The position numbers and the translations under genes are program-made. Of a stretch of DNA of 64,000 nt, positions 13,401 through 27,393 are shown piece after piece. Source of the DNA: Crassostrea angulata. Its lineage: Eukaryota. A model generated the notes under the pieces. The model saw nothing but the letters and a program-made list of their open reading frames with translations, was not told the DNA's origin and made no database searches. How positions within the stretch are numbered: the stretch's first letter is position 1; each line of letters starts with the position of its first letter. Where the stretch lies: assembly GCF_025612915.1 (NCBI RefSeq), contig NC_069115.1:25599757-25663756 (forward strand), read 5' to 3'.

Positions 13401-15129
13401 AACAACAAAAGGGGCTTGGTATTTACCAAAGAAAGAAAAAGAAATGGATTAAAATTGGCAGATTTTTAATTTTTTTTAGCAAGATCTACTGTACTTAGTT
13501 GTCAAGATATTTTGATATTGTAATGCTAATTTGATCAGAATTAAGGCAATTGTTGCTCAGGTGAGCAATGTGGCCCCTGGGCTTCTTGTTCTTTGTTTTA
13601 GTGCAGTTTTCTCTTGTTTTGATTGTTTATAAAAGAACTACAGCTTACTCCACTTATATTGAAATCGTTTATTTTGAAATACCGCTTATTTTGAAATAGA
13701 AATAAATCCCCAGTTTTTGCCTCTCATTTTCTTTGCATTGATTTAACGGATGTAATGAAATCGGCTATTTTGAAATATCGCTTATATTGAAGCCACTGAT
13801 CGGTCCCCATATGGGATATATAGTTGTTTTTATAACGGTTATATTGAAGTACTCCCTGGCGGCTGTCGTCACGGTTGGTGACAGTAATTATGCCAGAGTG
13901 ACCGGTTGATATACAAAGGTGTGAATTGATAAGTTCTCATCATGTTTTTTTTATACTTCTTTTAAAAAGTAAAATTTATTCACTGTTGAATTTTTTGTTT
14001 TTACGCATACGGATGTATTGAGGCTAGACGTAATATGGAAACCCCACAGAAAAGAAAAAAACCTTATCTTCGGACACTTAATACGAACTAGTTATGGCTA
14101 TTGATAAAAGGACAAAGCCTGAATACGACATAGCTTAGGATTTTGAGATTATCGCGAGTACACTTACGATGATATACAAGCAGTGTACAGCAGAATTTGA
14201 AGCGTTTGAGTCTGGTGATTTTTATCTAAAACGTAAAAGAATGCGATCGGAGAGTATGATGATGTTTAAGATAGTAACAAAATGAAACTTACAAAACTTA
14301 CGGATATAATTTTAATCGAACTTTCAAGGACTAATATCCATGTAATCTGATCACTGTAATATAGATAAATGATGACCAAATAATTTGTTCGGGTTTGGTT
14401 TTCTATACTTACATCGGGACTGAGCTTTCAAATAATGGGGGCTTCACGTCAGTCAATTTCGCTTATATTGAAATACGGATATATTGAAATAATTTTCATG
14501 GTCCCCTGAATTTTAATATATCCGGAGTAGGCTGTATATATGATATTAGTCAAATTTGACCCCCAAAATTCGCTATTTTTAAAATGATTCAGGTACATTA
14601 ACTTGTTGTGTTATTTTAAAAAAGAGTTGACATGAAATATGTTTTTCACCCATTTATTTGATTTATATGCACTCACTGGCAGTATATGACGTCAGAAGTG
14701 ACGCTATTTTTATAATTCAATCAAAATCAACCAAAATTTGACATTTCTCTTACCTTTTTACGAATGGGAAATATAGAGCGACTCTTTGAACAAGAACGAA
14801 CTTTTTGTCACTTATAAGTATTGTACAGATACATCTTTGGTGAAAATATTTTGTTTATTCAAGCAGTCGCTCAATGTTTCCTTTAAGAAAAACTGCCTCA
14901 AAACAAGCCGTTTTATGCTAAAAATGAGAAAATGGCGGGAAAAGGTCAACTTTATGATGTCATATTTTTAAATTGTGGGCACTAAAATCAAAATGAAAAT
15001 TATGAAAAAACTTCTAATGTATATTTGTACAAATAAAACAAAGAATTACAGTAAAATGACAATGTTCATTTTAGGGGGCCATTTTAGGCTCAAACCATAT
15101 ATAGTCCTTTCTATAATAATTTTACTAAC

Positions 15130-15275
15130 CTGAGAGTAATGCTTCGAGTTATTATAAGCAAGATACAGAGCTTTGCGCACAATGCTACTATATGTTTGTA
15201 CACAAAGCTGAGGTCATGCTTTAGTTTGCTTATATTTTAAATGCAGCTATGCTGAATAGGAAATTCATTCTTTCC
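15130..15275 (+). mobile_element. R1 3'-region fragment
   Basis: Matches 3130-3270 and 27790-27900 (...GTTATAAGCAAGATACAGAGCTTTGCGC..GCTGAATAGGAAAT). Confidence 0.45.
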
Positions 15276-16439
15276 ATAAACTAGAGTTATCGTTACTGAA
15301 AGAGTTATCTGCCCCTTACAGCAAGTATGCTTTATTTCCGGGTATCCAAAGATGAGTAAGCAGTGCGGGAGTTTACAAATATTACAAGCTGTGAAAATGC
15401 TCAATGGTGCAAAAAATAAGTCAACAGTTTTTTGCAAGTTTGTGTTTAATTGCAATTAATTTTGTGGGGGTGGTGGTCATTGTATTTTGAATATAAAACA
15501 GTCCGAAAGAGAGTAGAATATCTGTAAATATTTGATCAAAAAACAAGTAAAGTCAACCGACGTTAAGGGTTATTCTTATTGTAAACTAAGAGATACACGG
15601 TTAGAAAATGATAACTTTGAAGAACTAACTTACATGTATGATTCTCGTACAAATGTGTGCAAATTAGATGTTAAGTGGTTCAGTGCCATTTTAAATTGTA
15701 AGGAGAAAGACACAAGAGACTAAGCATGATATAAAGATGGGGTATATCTATAAACTGTGCGTGTTTAAACTTGACGTCATGTTTTGAACGTTACCGTGCG
15801 CCGTGGTGACAAAACATGTTGTTTTTAAAAAGGGGTAACAAAAATACCGTTTCATCCAATGGACTAAAACTTCGCATATCAATAACATAAGCGTTGGTGC
15901 ACAGATTTATCTGTTAAGTATGACTTTCATGAAAAATATATGATAGACAGCCATATTGTCTTTGTATTTTTTAATTGACCCTCGTATCAACAGTTAATTA
16001 AAATTTGAAAACAATTAAAATCAGCATATTAAAAGAATGCAAAGAATACGTTTGATTACAATCAATAACATAACGTGATATACATATTTTTGATTAATCT
16101 ATAAACATTGAAAGACATTTTGATTCTAACTTATCGAACAGTTACTCCTTTTGTCAATTTTAGAGCTAACGGATGGATGATGGTTATGAATTCTCTGATA
16201 AAACAACCCTATTTAATACGCAGAAATGAAAGATGTTATGACTTAGAAAGAGCTGGAATGAAAATCGATTTTATTCTAGAAATCAAATATAGAAATATAA
16301 ATTTCTAACGAACTGTCCTTATTTTTTTCTATGGACAACTAGGGAAATTACGCATATATATAATTATGATGAAATTCATATATAAATGTACGACACCCCA
16401 ACTTCACGGACCTGGATTTTGGGAATTTGTGAGCTTATA

Positions 16440-16720
16440 TTGATTTTTTAAAATTGTTTTTCGTCATGATTTTAGGTCGGTATGCTCCCCCTCTCACGCA
16501 CACACTCTTTCAAAATGCAATGTTTGCGCTAGTCTGTTGAGATGCATTCGTTCGAAATGCCAGGCATTCATGAAACACATATAGACGCAGTGAGTATTGG
16601 TATCTCACCAGGCACCGACGGTCATCAATTCAAGCAGCTATACCTTTCATGTACGATGTTTATTCAAAGACAACCATTTGAACTCAACAAAACAGACTCA
16701 TTGTATTTAAAATGATCTTC
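16440..16720 (+). repeat. Repeat family C, copy 1
   Basis: Collinear with 59890-60180 (…CACACTCTTTCAAAATGCAATGTTTGCGCTAG..GGCACCGACGGTCATCAAT…). Confidence 0.5.
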
Positions 16721-17369
16721 TCCAGATATCTCTTGAACGGTACATACTTTCTAAACACTTATTGAACAAAATGTGTTTAAAATGAAAAGAGCTTTCTTTT
16801 CATATCAAGAAAAGGGGACTGGCTCTTCAATTAGGGGCCGATAAGGCTCTAAAGTCTTTTAATCATAACTTTTCATTGTGAAATATTTTGTAATACATTA
16901 CAGAAGCAATTATTTTAATCGAAATGTTATGTACATATACATATATGAAAATTGTTTACTCCTATGTTATGTAATAAGGGATTTTAAAGGGGCCAGAAGT
17001 CCGAATCTATTATCAACGTCCCAAAATTAAAAAAAATCAATTTTAAGAAGCAATATTGAACAAAATACGCAAAAAAAATGTGGTTAACAATCTGCAACCA
17101 AAACTTGTTTGTTATCCGTTCCCACGATCTTTTCCAGATATACCAAGAACGGTACAAATTTCTAAACTTTTTACACAAAATGTATTGAAATCAAAAGACC
17201 TTTTATTTGATATAAATAAAATGGGACTGATCCCTCAAGTTAAGAATCCAACGGGGTGTATAATACTTCATCCATCGCTTTTTTAGATCACATTTGCATT
17301 TCCCGATATGTTTCGTTGATGAAGATAAAGACAAAGTCATTTCCTCTTCTAAAATCGGACGGAAGACCC

Positions 17370-17394
<25 letters not shown>

Positions 17395-17402
<8 letters not shown>

Positions 17403-17500
17403 TACCCCCGCAAACGAAGTTTAGGGGGGTATATTGGTTTCACCCTGTCCGTCTGTCCGTCTGTCTGTCTGTCCGTCTGTCCGTCTGTCTGTAGACGCAA
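17395..17500. repeat. Perfect GC-palindrome TATACCCCC-GCAAACGAAGTTTAG-GGGGGTATA followed by a (GTCCGTCT)n microsatellite
   Basis: The hairpin has 9-bp stems and is read directly. About 10 GTCY repeat units follow it. The same module type bounds the cassettes at 8043, 19866 and 20488. Confidence 0.75.
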
Positions 17501-19060
17501 CATTGTCCCCCCTATAGAATTTTTTATTACTGCATGGAACAGTTTGAAAATTTGTACATATGTTGAACACCATCTGAAGATGTGCACCTGCAATTTTTTT
17601 TAAGATCAGACAAGATTTAATGATTTTATGACAGTATTCATTTTCCTTATTCTATATATTGTACACTAATGTTGAAAAGTAAGGGAGGTAATCCTTACAG
17701 ATTTTATTAATTAATTAATAGAAAACACTCTAAAATATTTTTATATAAATACATCCAGATGGATTTTTTTGTCTTTATGTCTTAATTAATAAAAAAATAA
17801 TTATTTTTTATAAGTATTCTATCAACTGACAATGCAAAGTTTTTGTTTGTCAATGATAAATTCTTAGGAGCTAATGAGAACATCAAAGACAAGTTTGGCT
17901 GAATTCATTTGTCCCAAGGGAGCCATTATCTGAGCCATGGCTCAGATGGAGCATGTGTTTAGGGGAAATTGATAATCTGTAAAATGGGTGATGGTTTTGG
18001 GGCTATTTTAAAACTGTTTCATGTAAACCAAAAGGTCTATCATTATAAGGAAATAAATAATATAATTATTAATAAAGAAGTTAAACTATTTTTAGAGGTT
18101 GTTTAAATTTATTTGTCAAGTAATTTGATGAAGTGACCCTATTGGGCATTAATTTAAATGAAATTCAAAATTACTGATATGATTGTAGTGTTTTGGCAAT
18201 TTTAAAATTGTTTGTAATATTAAATTTTCTTTTTTACATATTTTTACATAGTATGGTAATTATGGTAATGTTTTGGGAGTTTATTAAATTTAACAAGCTC
18301 ATCAAAGAAAATCATAGTCCTATGGGATCAATTTTCTGATATGGAGTTCAATTGTGCCATAGGAGAAAGTGAGGAAAATTTGAAACAACTAATTGCATCT
18401 GTCAAGACTCTTATTAGAAAGATATTGAAAGTTTTATCAACAGAAGAGCATTGCTTGGCTACCAGTATTTCTATTCACTGCAAAGGGAGGGGTTATTGTC
18501 ATTTTGTTGGTTTTTCTTTAAATCAATTAAATAAAAAAAATATATCATCAAATACATACATTTGTAAATGTATTACTGTTATAGATATGTATTTACAGTG
18601 AAATTCTGACAATTTTGATTTTAATTTTTCTTTGTTAACTATTTTTTTTTTTTTTACAATTCTAGAATTTTTTTTTTGGTATGTGTTCCAAACCTTAATT
18701 ATTATTCAATTCAATTATTTGTCCCATTTGAAATTAGCCTAGCGGGGGTATTAGTCCCATTAGGACAGTTCTAGTTATAATTATTATTTTCATTAATATT
18801 TGAATACAACAAATTAAAACATGAGTACAAAATCCCACTGAGTAAAGATTCTTCTGTCCGTTTTACGAAATCACCAATTTTCAGGTCAGGGGCTAATAAT
18901 ACAAATTGTTTTTCAGATGAGAATTTATTTCGATTTTTAAAGTAGCCTCAAAATTTCTGAGCATAGAAATATTTTTAAAAATTTTTACCTAATAAGTTTA
19001 CATAAAAGATAAGGTGTTATTAGATATACTTTTGAATGAGGTCTATATTTCTCTTTTTTT

Positions 19061-19177
19061 AGGAAGGTGCGTCATGCAGCATTATTTGCCATTTCAATGG
19101 TGATTTTGTCAGTCCCAGGACATATATTATTGGCAGATTTACAAAGTGAAGTCATGGAAACCAAGCGCTGGTTAGAA
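19061..19177 (+). other. Speculative exon (good acceptor TCTCTTTTTTTAG| and donor |GTACGT) encoding a hydrophobic ~38-aa segment
   Basis: Splice-site consensus on both ends and an open frame KVRHAALFAISMVILSVPGHILLADLQSEVMETKRWLE. No recognisable homology. Confidence 0.12.
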
Positions 19178-19865
19178 GGTACGTTTGTTGAATGGAAAGA
19201 AATCTTAGAATGCTCGAAGATGTGTGTGCATGAACGCAATTACCCACATATCTTAGATACACAGTCGTCCTGCTAAGGGGTTTGTTCAAACATGGTTATG
19301 AACACAATCATAATCCACTTTATCTCTGCTGAAACTGAGTGGAAACTGAATAGAAAGACTAAAAAGCTATATACTAATATTGTAAATTTCAAGACTCCTA
19401 AGGCAAGGGTCCTGATTCCAGAGCGGGGCTAAACTGGTCATACAGTATACTAGTTATTGTATATTATATTAAAAATTGGTTTTGCTTTAAACATACTCTA
19501 CCAAAAATGTAAAAGTGCAGATTTCGTAATCCTTGTTATAGGGTGTCTGACTCCCAGGTGGGGCCAAAATGTTGTGTAATATTTTGTAAATAATGTTTAA
19601 AAAATTCTATTCTTAATTTCTGTTGACATTGAATAAAATTTGACAATATTTAAAGATTTATGACACCAAAAACAGGGGTTCTGTCGTAAGGGCACCAATA
19701 CACAGTAAGAGGAGAGACTATATATCAAAATAAAGATGTTATTACTATTTGCACAGTCTCAGGTGATGGCATGGGGATCGACAAGGGCTAAATTCTGTTC
19801 TTTAAATATGTTCAAATTTGAATGAATATCAAATGCAATTTAAGAGAGGAAAGACAGTATGTCAG

Positions 19866-20590
19866 TTTTTATAGCCCCCGAAAACAAAGCTTGGGGGTAT
19901 ATATGAATCCGACCGTCCGTCCGCCTGTCCATCTGTCTGTGGAGAATTCGTGTCCAAGGTCATTTGGGCAAGGTCAAGGTCACTGGCAAAAAAAAAGTGC
20001 AAAATTCGTGTCCGGTCCATATCTTTCTTATGGAGAAACATTGGAAGTTCTTACTTTACACAAAGATTGCTTCTGACCTCAGGGTGTGTCATGACCTTGA
20101 CCCGAGGTCATTTGGGCAAGGTCACTGGCAGAAAAAGTGCAAAATTCGTGTCCGGTCCATACCTTTCTTATGGAGAAACATTGAAAGTTTTCACTTCACA
20201 CTAAGATTGCTTAGGTCTTAAGGGTGTGTCATGACCTTGACTAGAGGTCATTTTGGTAAGGTCAAGGTCACTTCCAGAAAAAGTGCAAAATTAATGTCTG
20301 GTCCATATTTTTTATGGAGAAACATTGCAAGTTCTTACCTTACACAAAGATTGCTTCTGACCTTAGGATGTGTCAAGACCTTGACCCGAGGTCATTTGGG
20401 CAAGGTCAAGGTCACTGTTAGAAAAGTGCAAAATTCATGTCCGGTCCATATCTTTCTTATCGACAAATATTGGAAGTTCTTTATTAGTCCCCTACCGGTT
20501 TCGCTGGAGGGGACTATAGCTTTCCTCTGCGTCCGTCAGTCTGTCTGTACGTCGGTCTGTCTGTCTGTCCCATTTCAGTTTTCCACACTT
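19866..20590. repeat. Cassette of a ~143-bp tandem repeat (about 4 units) rich in AGGTCA/TGACCT motifs, bounded by C5/G5 palindromes and (GTCY)n
   Basis: TGTGTCATGACCTTGACCCGAGGTCATTTGGGCAAGGTCAAGGTCAC recurs at about 20086, 20228 and 20372. The heads are AGCCCCCGAAAACAAAGCTTGGGGG (19870) and AGTCCCCTACCGGTTTCGCTGGAGGGGACT (20495). A degenerate unit lies at 22010-22140. Confidence 0.75.
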
Positions 20591-22879
20591 TTTCTTTATG
20601 CGTTTGAGGAATAATATGAAATTTGCTGAACAGCTTCAAAATGTCAAACTACAGATCAAGTTTACACTTTTGTAACGTCTGGTTGAATTATTTTGGAGAA
20701 AATTATTTTTTTATATTCCATTTTTAAGGCGTCGAGCTAATGCTCGGCAGCCTTCTAGCAATCGTCTGGATTGGCAATCGTCCAAATTCATGCTCTGCAC
20801 CGCCTTTTAAATGTACATAAGAAATAAGTTCCTTAAAGTATTAAAACGTATTACAAGATTTTTATTCCATTTATTAAACTAAATTGTGTACAAAAAAACC
20901 AACTTTGCCTACCTGGTTATTGACAACTCATTGCATAAGTATAAATTTGCTTAATCAAGAAATGGCGGATGAATACAATCAGGTGTAAAAATTCAATAAA
21001 TATTATTTTAGTTTATCGCATACATTTTAATTGGAGAGCGTGCCCGATAGAAATAAAATTTGCGATGTAAATTTATTTGTTATCGGGCACGGTCTCCAAA
21101 ATAAATGTAAGGGATAAACGTATCTAGTGATTTTGTTGCTCAAAATAAACACGATAATGTAGTTGGTCTGGTCGAGCATTTTAAATAGCACGTGTTGTGG
21201 ATTTGTTTGTAAACAACCGTACCATAGGGAATCTTGTTTCAAACGGGAATTGAAATAAATAAAAGTATGTTTTATTATTATTATTAGGGACATACTGTTA
21301 ATGTATTCAAATCATGAACCTGTGAAAATTGTTTAAAGAAAATAATTTATTTTTGAACTTTGAAATTTCTTCGAATTTTGTAACCATAATGAGTTATTGA
21401 ATTGTAAAAGCACCAATACCTATTGTATAAGAAAATAAACTTATTTTTGTTTTTAAAGCAGCACAAAACATAATTCATATACTTCTCTATTTTATGTCTA
21501 AAATTATTTGATATACGACTATTAAATTAACAGAAATTCAAATTATTGATATCATTCTATATAAAAGAAAATGTCAGTTCGACGCCTTTGTGGCCGTTCC
21601 GGCCTTTGATTTAATGTTCGGGTTCATTATCGGGTTCGGTGTGTACTGAATAAACGAGGAAAGTATGAAGTCATTAATAATATCGTGATTTACTTGTACC
21701 ATTCCTTTTATTGTTTCTAACAAACAAATGAGTTCAATCTGTAAAATAGTGTCAAGCATTGTGTTGTTAATTTAATCGATGGTTTTTTGTATTATTACAA
21801 TCGGGTTCGCTATCGGATTAGTTTGTTGATTCAGGGAACAGAAGACGGTAAGAAATGATATTCTGCATAACAGTGCATTGTTTTCATAAATTTCTACCAC
21901 CAAATACTTAATGGACTTGGCGAAATTACTGGAGATAAAATAAAGAGTATTATTTAATCCATTTTTATTTAATTTCTATATCGACGTCTATTGCTTATGC
22001 AATACTCTCAGAATGCTTGTTCACATAAAGATTGCTTATAACCTGAGGGTGTGTCATGACATTGGCCCAAGGTCAATTGAGGAAGTTTAAGGTCATTATT
22101 TTAAAAATGCTTAATTCCTGGTTGTGTCATGTCTTGTATTAATGGAAATAATTAGAAGCTAAAATTTGAAACAAAGCTTGCTTGTCTCAAACCACATACA
22201 ATTATTTTTTAGATTCTCATCCCCGTCTGTCTGAAAATAGCCTGCCCCGATGTAATTTTTTTTTGGAAAAAAAATTGTGTGGAACAAATTTTCGGAAAAG
22301 AATCAGGCTCAGTATACCAATAATTCAAAATGTTTATATTAAATGGCTGCTTGACATGTGGATTCTTGTTTGATTCGAGTCATGTTTGTTAACCTAAGGA
22401 TGCAAATGTCTTCATGCATCAACAGTTAACTTGAAATAAAATGGAATTTAAAGAATTGAAATATGTATTCATATTAGCATTAACAGTTTTAAAAAAAATA
22501 GAACAGTTGTTTATTTATAGAAAATGGACGGTGTAATAGATTCATCCAATATTTTCTATAATAGAAAAAATACATGAATTATTTTTTTTTCTTAGCGGGG
22601 GTATCAATTGTGAGCTTGCTCACTGTACCTCTAGTTTTTAAAGGTGTAAGTTCCTATTGCAGTTTTTGACATTAAATGAATGCTTAATACATTTTTGAAA
22701 ACTGTCTGAGAATTGTATATGCATATTTGCATTTTGGAAAAATCTGAAAATTTTGCACCCAATTCTCTGTTGCTAGATTTTAAGCTAGAGAGGTGGTATT
22801 GCCATATTTAAGATTTTATGGCCTCTGTAGCTAAGGTTTTGACTTCCAAATTTACCTTAAGAGTGTTGGATTGTCATGG

Positions 22880-23590
22880 GTTTTTAGCTCACCTGAACCG
22901 AAGGTTCAAGTGGGGTTTTCTGATCACCTGTTGTCCGTCGTCCGTCCGTCTGTCCGTCCGACTTTTCATATTTTTGACTTCTTCTCTGGAACCATTGAGT
23001 ACAATTTAACCAAATTTGGTACAAAGCATCCTTATGGGAAGGGGATTCTAAATTGTTAAAATAAAGGGCACAACCCTTTTTAAAAGGGAGATAATTGCGA
23101 AACTGCGAAAATTGGGTGGGTGTCTTAAAAAATCTTCCTTTTAAGAACCACTGCACCAGATATGCCAATATTTACCCCAGAGCTTGTATATATAGTGAAG
23201 ATTCTAAATTGTAAAAATCGCGATCCCCGGGGCAATACTGGGGTCCCAAGAAGGGTTCAAAGTTGATTAAAAAAAGACCAATTTAACATAGAAATATATG
23301 GGGGAAATGTTTTTAAAAATGTACTCTCAAGGACTACAGTGCTAAAATTAGTGATATTACTATACAAGTACCCTAAGATAGTGTAGATTCTAAATTGTGA
23401 AAACCGTGATCCCCGGACTAATACTACCTACGGCTCCAAAATATGTTCAAAGTTTAACATAGACTTCTATAATGGGAAAATGTTTTTAAACTCTTCTTTT
23501 TAAGAATTACAATGCTACAGTTTGTGAGATTACCATGCAATCATTCTAAGAAAGTGCAGATTCTAAATTGTTTAAATCATTTTTTATTAA
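22880..23590 (+). mobile_element. R1-variant head followed by three ~160-bp tandem units
   Basis: TTTTTAGCTCACCTGAACCGAAGGTTCAAGTGGGG..(GTCCGTCC)n is followed by repeats of ...GATTCTAAATTGT(G/A)AAAA(T/C)CG(C/T)GATCCCCGG... at about 23200, 23390 and 23560. Confidence 0.55.
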
Positions 23591-25452
23591 AAGAAGTATT
23601 AAATAAAAAAGAAATGTCCATGATAAGTTTATCATAGTTAAATTCTCTGGAAATACATGTGTATGTTTATCGACTAGTTTTTTTGTGTTTTTTTTTTTTG
23701 GAATTTCGATCCCGACATCAATTACTCACATATCGGGATCCAAGTGATTCGGGATCAAAGATCATAAATTCAAACAATGAGTTGCGACGAACTAAACAAA
23801 ATAGTTAAAACTCACATACGCACATAGGACTTCATCCCACAAAGTTTAGATGTTCAATTTTTTTTTCGCGGAACAGGAAATGGAAGAACGGATGTGAATT
23901 TTATAAACTTAAATAAGAAACCTCCAAATATTTTTATTTTCAATCTTTCCTGAAAATTTTAAGAAAATCGATTTCAAAATCTCTGAGAAATTCACTAGAC
24001 AATAAGGGAAAAAACATAATAATCAACAGTACAATCTCTATAAGATATTCCGCTGGAAAAGGAATACCTCAATGATTTCATTATCATTGTCATTATAATA
24101 CACATAGATATTCATTGCAAAAGCCACACTATAGTTACTCAGATGTCCAATTTGGCCCATGGGCCCGTTGTTCAAGTTGTCTGGCAAAACTCTGAGGGTT
24201 CTTGTAAGTTATATGCCTATCTTCATTCACTAGTAAACGATCAATTGCTATTGCAGTTGATAACAAAAGAGTTATATGTTTGTAGTTTACTGGTATTATA
24301 TGTCTTGTCCTGCCTTTATTTTTAAGATGTGATGGAGAGAGATGTAAATACAGAATCAAAGAAACTGGCAATACAGAGCTTGGTACTTCTCGAAAATGTC
24401 ATCAAACAGGCGAGTTCATGATCACTAACTACACGTACTTGTGATTTGGTTATTATCAAACAAAAAGCATTTGCAACTTACCAGTTTTCGATTTCATTTT
24501 TATATGCATTTCCATACTTAAGTCTTGCATGTAGTAACATATTCAATTTTACAATTCCTTTGGAATATAGTATCAGGGTATCTGTTAAAATATCATAAAA
24601 AATGATGGATAAAAATTTCAATAACCATATGATTTTAAAAAGATAATTTTTACTATTTAAGTATAGCTAAGAACTTGTTAAAAATAATTGCTTGGTGTAT
24701 TGGAATCTTGCAGGAGTTTACAAAAGGAGCTAATCTTACATGAGACAGCAAGATAACAACAAGTTATGACCTTTGTCCTTGAAATAATCCTTAACACCGA
24801 CAACTGTCAGAAATGAGAAAGAAAACTTTCACAGAGGATTCTATTTAACATGATAATTTGGAAGCACCAAGTTACATGCAGAGAGGATGTGTGGAAACAT
24901 CTCCTTGGAGAGTTTTGATCACCAGATACAGAGAGAGTTTTGATCAGAAAGAGAGGGGGTCTCCATTACAGAGATATTATAAAATTTCTGCTGTAACTAT
25001 TCTCATGAACAATTTTAAGTGACTTGTTTGTGCATTTTCCATTATTTTTAATTTCAATTAAATTTACCATTACATAATTAATTGCATAGTTGTTTTTTGT
25101 ACATGATATTCAACATGATAGAATACATGCATCTGTTCATGTTTTGTTTGAAGAGATTATCTAAACATCTAAACCAATCTTGTAACTAAAATATGTAGCA
25201 TCGAGAGAGCAATTAAGTTGAATATTTTTGAACTAATCTACTGCAGAAAACGTGAAAGTAATAAATACTTTGTATATTAATAATTACATAGTACTATTAT
25301 TTGTGGAAAAAACATTATGTACATATTTAGGTTTTTAGCTCACCTGAACTCAAAGCTCAAGTGAGCTATTCTGATCACATTTTGACCGTTGTCCGTCTGT
25401 CTGTGTCCGTCTGTAAACTTTTTACATTTTGAACATCTTCTCTAAATCGCTT

Positions 25453-25486
<34 letters not shown>

Positions 25487-26287
25487 TTATGGGAAGGCGA
25501 ATATAAATTTCAGAAATAAAGGCCGATCTTTATTCAAAGCGGGAGTAACCTAGAAACTGTAGAAAAAGGGGTTCCATTTCAAAACAATCCTCTTCTCAAG
25601 AACTACTGAGTCAAGTTCAACGTTATTTAACATAAATAATCCTTATGGAAAGGAAAATATAAATTGCAAAAATGTTAAGCTATTGCTGTGTCAAATCTGA
25701 GTTATTACGAAAATAATACATTGTAATAAAGGAAAGGCGAGTTTCAATCAATTTATAGCTTCAAGTTCGGTATTCCATACGAGTCGTGGTGAAATGGGTA
25801 AGCAAACCCGGGCCGGGACAAAATAAAAACAGATCGAGATTTTTCAATTATCCAATGTCATTTAAATTTTAAGGATATGTGTCAGACCGGTATATTTGTA
25901 TTCGCTGTAAATATTGATAGACAACAATGCGTATTTAGGAATTTATTGACGATTGTTGATTTCCAAGTTGGTAAAATGGGTAGGCAAACCCGGGTCGACA
26001 TTTTACGGGTTTTTGGACTTATTTAAGAATTAATAATTCATGTTTAATTCCATACTTCTAAAACGAGGTTTTTTGTTTAAAGCAGCCATGACTTATGATA
26101 AACGGGTCGATCTGAGAAAGATGAATTTGTTTGTTGTGCAACAGTTCGCGTGCGAAGGGAATCTTCGAAACATGCAAAATACATTGGTGCCGATTTTGTA
26201 AAGTAAATTGAGGTTAAATATTTCAATGCGTTGACAGTTTTCACATGACGGTGGTGTTAGCTTGTTTTGATTTTCGTTTCGTTTTTT

Positions 26288-27393
26288 GGGAGTTGATTTT
26301 AATCAACTCTCCTATGCAGTTAATCAGACAAACCGAAAGTGAAACAGTGTTTGGACCTCAGCACAAATCATCACTGCTGACAAGACTTAGTTCTTGAAAA
26401 TGATTGATGAATTCGATGTAATGTATGCTAAAGCATTGTTTTTCAAGGAAACTTATTTATAAATACCTTGAAAATAGTCAGATTTTAAATGGTACAATGT
26501 ACGAATAATTTAAATATTTTTTGTAGTCGTATGTATTCCTACGCCAGAGTTCAATATAGCCTCGTTCAAGGTATCACACCGGTAATCGGCCAATCAAAAT
26601 GAACTTGTCAATTGTAGTTCCATATATACTTCAGAATTATTTTTTTCCTTGACTGCATTTTTACATTTTCCTTTACTCAGTTATAAAAAATTGTGTACCA
26701 CTGAGTAGGATATTTCATGTATTTTGTTAGGTGATGATCTTTTTTCACAGGGACTACTTCTTTCAGGGCACATGCAGCAGCTTCCTGGGGAGTGTGCAGT
26801 CTGTTTAAATACAAATGGAAAACACGTGGTTTTGAGGGTAGACCTGTTTGGAGCTAGATATTTTGAGAAAACGCAGGTTCGCTTGCCCTTTTTATGGTGT
26901 TAGCTGATGAGATAGGTAACAAATAACATTTCCTCCGAATATTTTGTCATGAGGAATACAAACTGATTTTTAAGAATGTTTTCCCCTCTATAGTGCTATA
27001 TAGTGAAAACAATTACCGGTGTGATACCTTCAACTGGACGCTAGGCTGTCTCCGTAAATGCTTGTCGGAGATTTACGGTGTCAGCCGAGCGTTTGGTTGA
27101 ACGAGACTAGAGTTCAATATTGCTTGGATCCATACAATTTTTTAGAAATATTTTGTATTACTAATACATAGTTTGATTGAATTAATTTTACTCTAACTAT
27201 TATTTAACATGATTCATATAGGGGGTTCTCGACATTCTTGTCGAAAAAGTCCAAAAATTCATATTATAAAAATGTGCGTATTTCAAATACAAATTAGAAA
27301 CTACATGTACTTGTCAAGCAAAATAACATATCATTGATTTTAAGATAAACAAACATCGACAAAATCAACTCCCGTCAGTTCTTCAGTACTTTG
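26288..27393. mobile_element. MITE copy A (TIR GGGAGTTGATTTT / AAAATCAACTCCC) inserted into R1 copy 3
   Basis: The TIRs were read directly. A second copy at 58426-59057 shares the ends and the internal 37-bp hairpin module. The ends are marked out by comparison with the R1 copy that lacks this element (10860-10900). Confidence 0.65.
26570..27028. mobile_element. Second-order nested MITE (TIR GGTATCACACCGGTAATCGG / ATTACCGGTGTGATACC) with a TTCAA target-site duplication
   Basis: This segment is absent from MITE copy B. It is flanked by TTCAA on both sides (26565-69 and 27029-33). It splits the hairpin module of MITE A. Confidence 0.6.
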
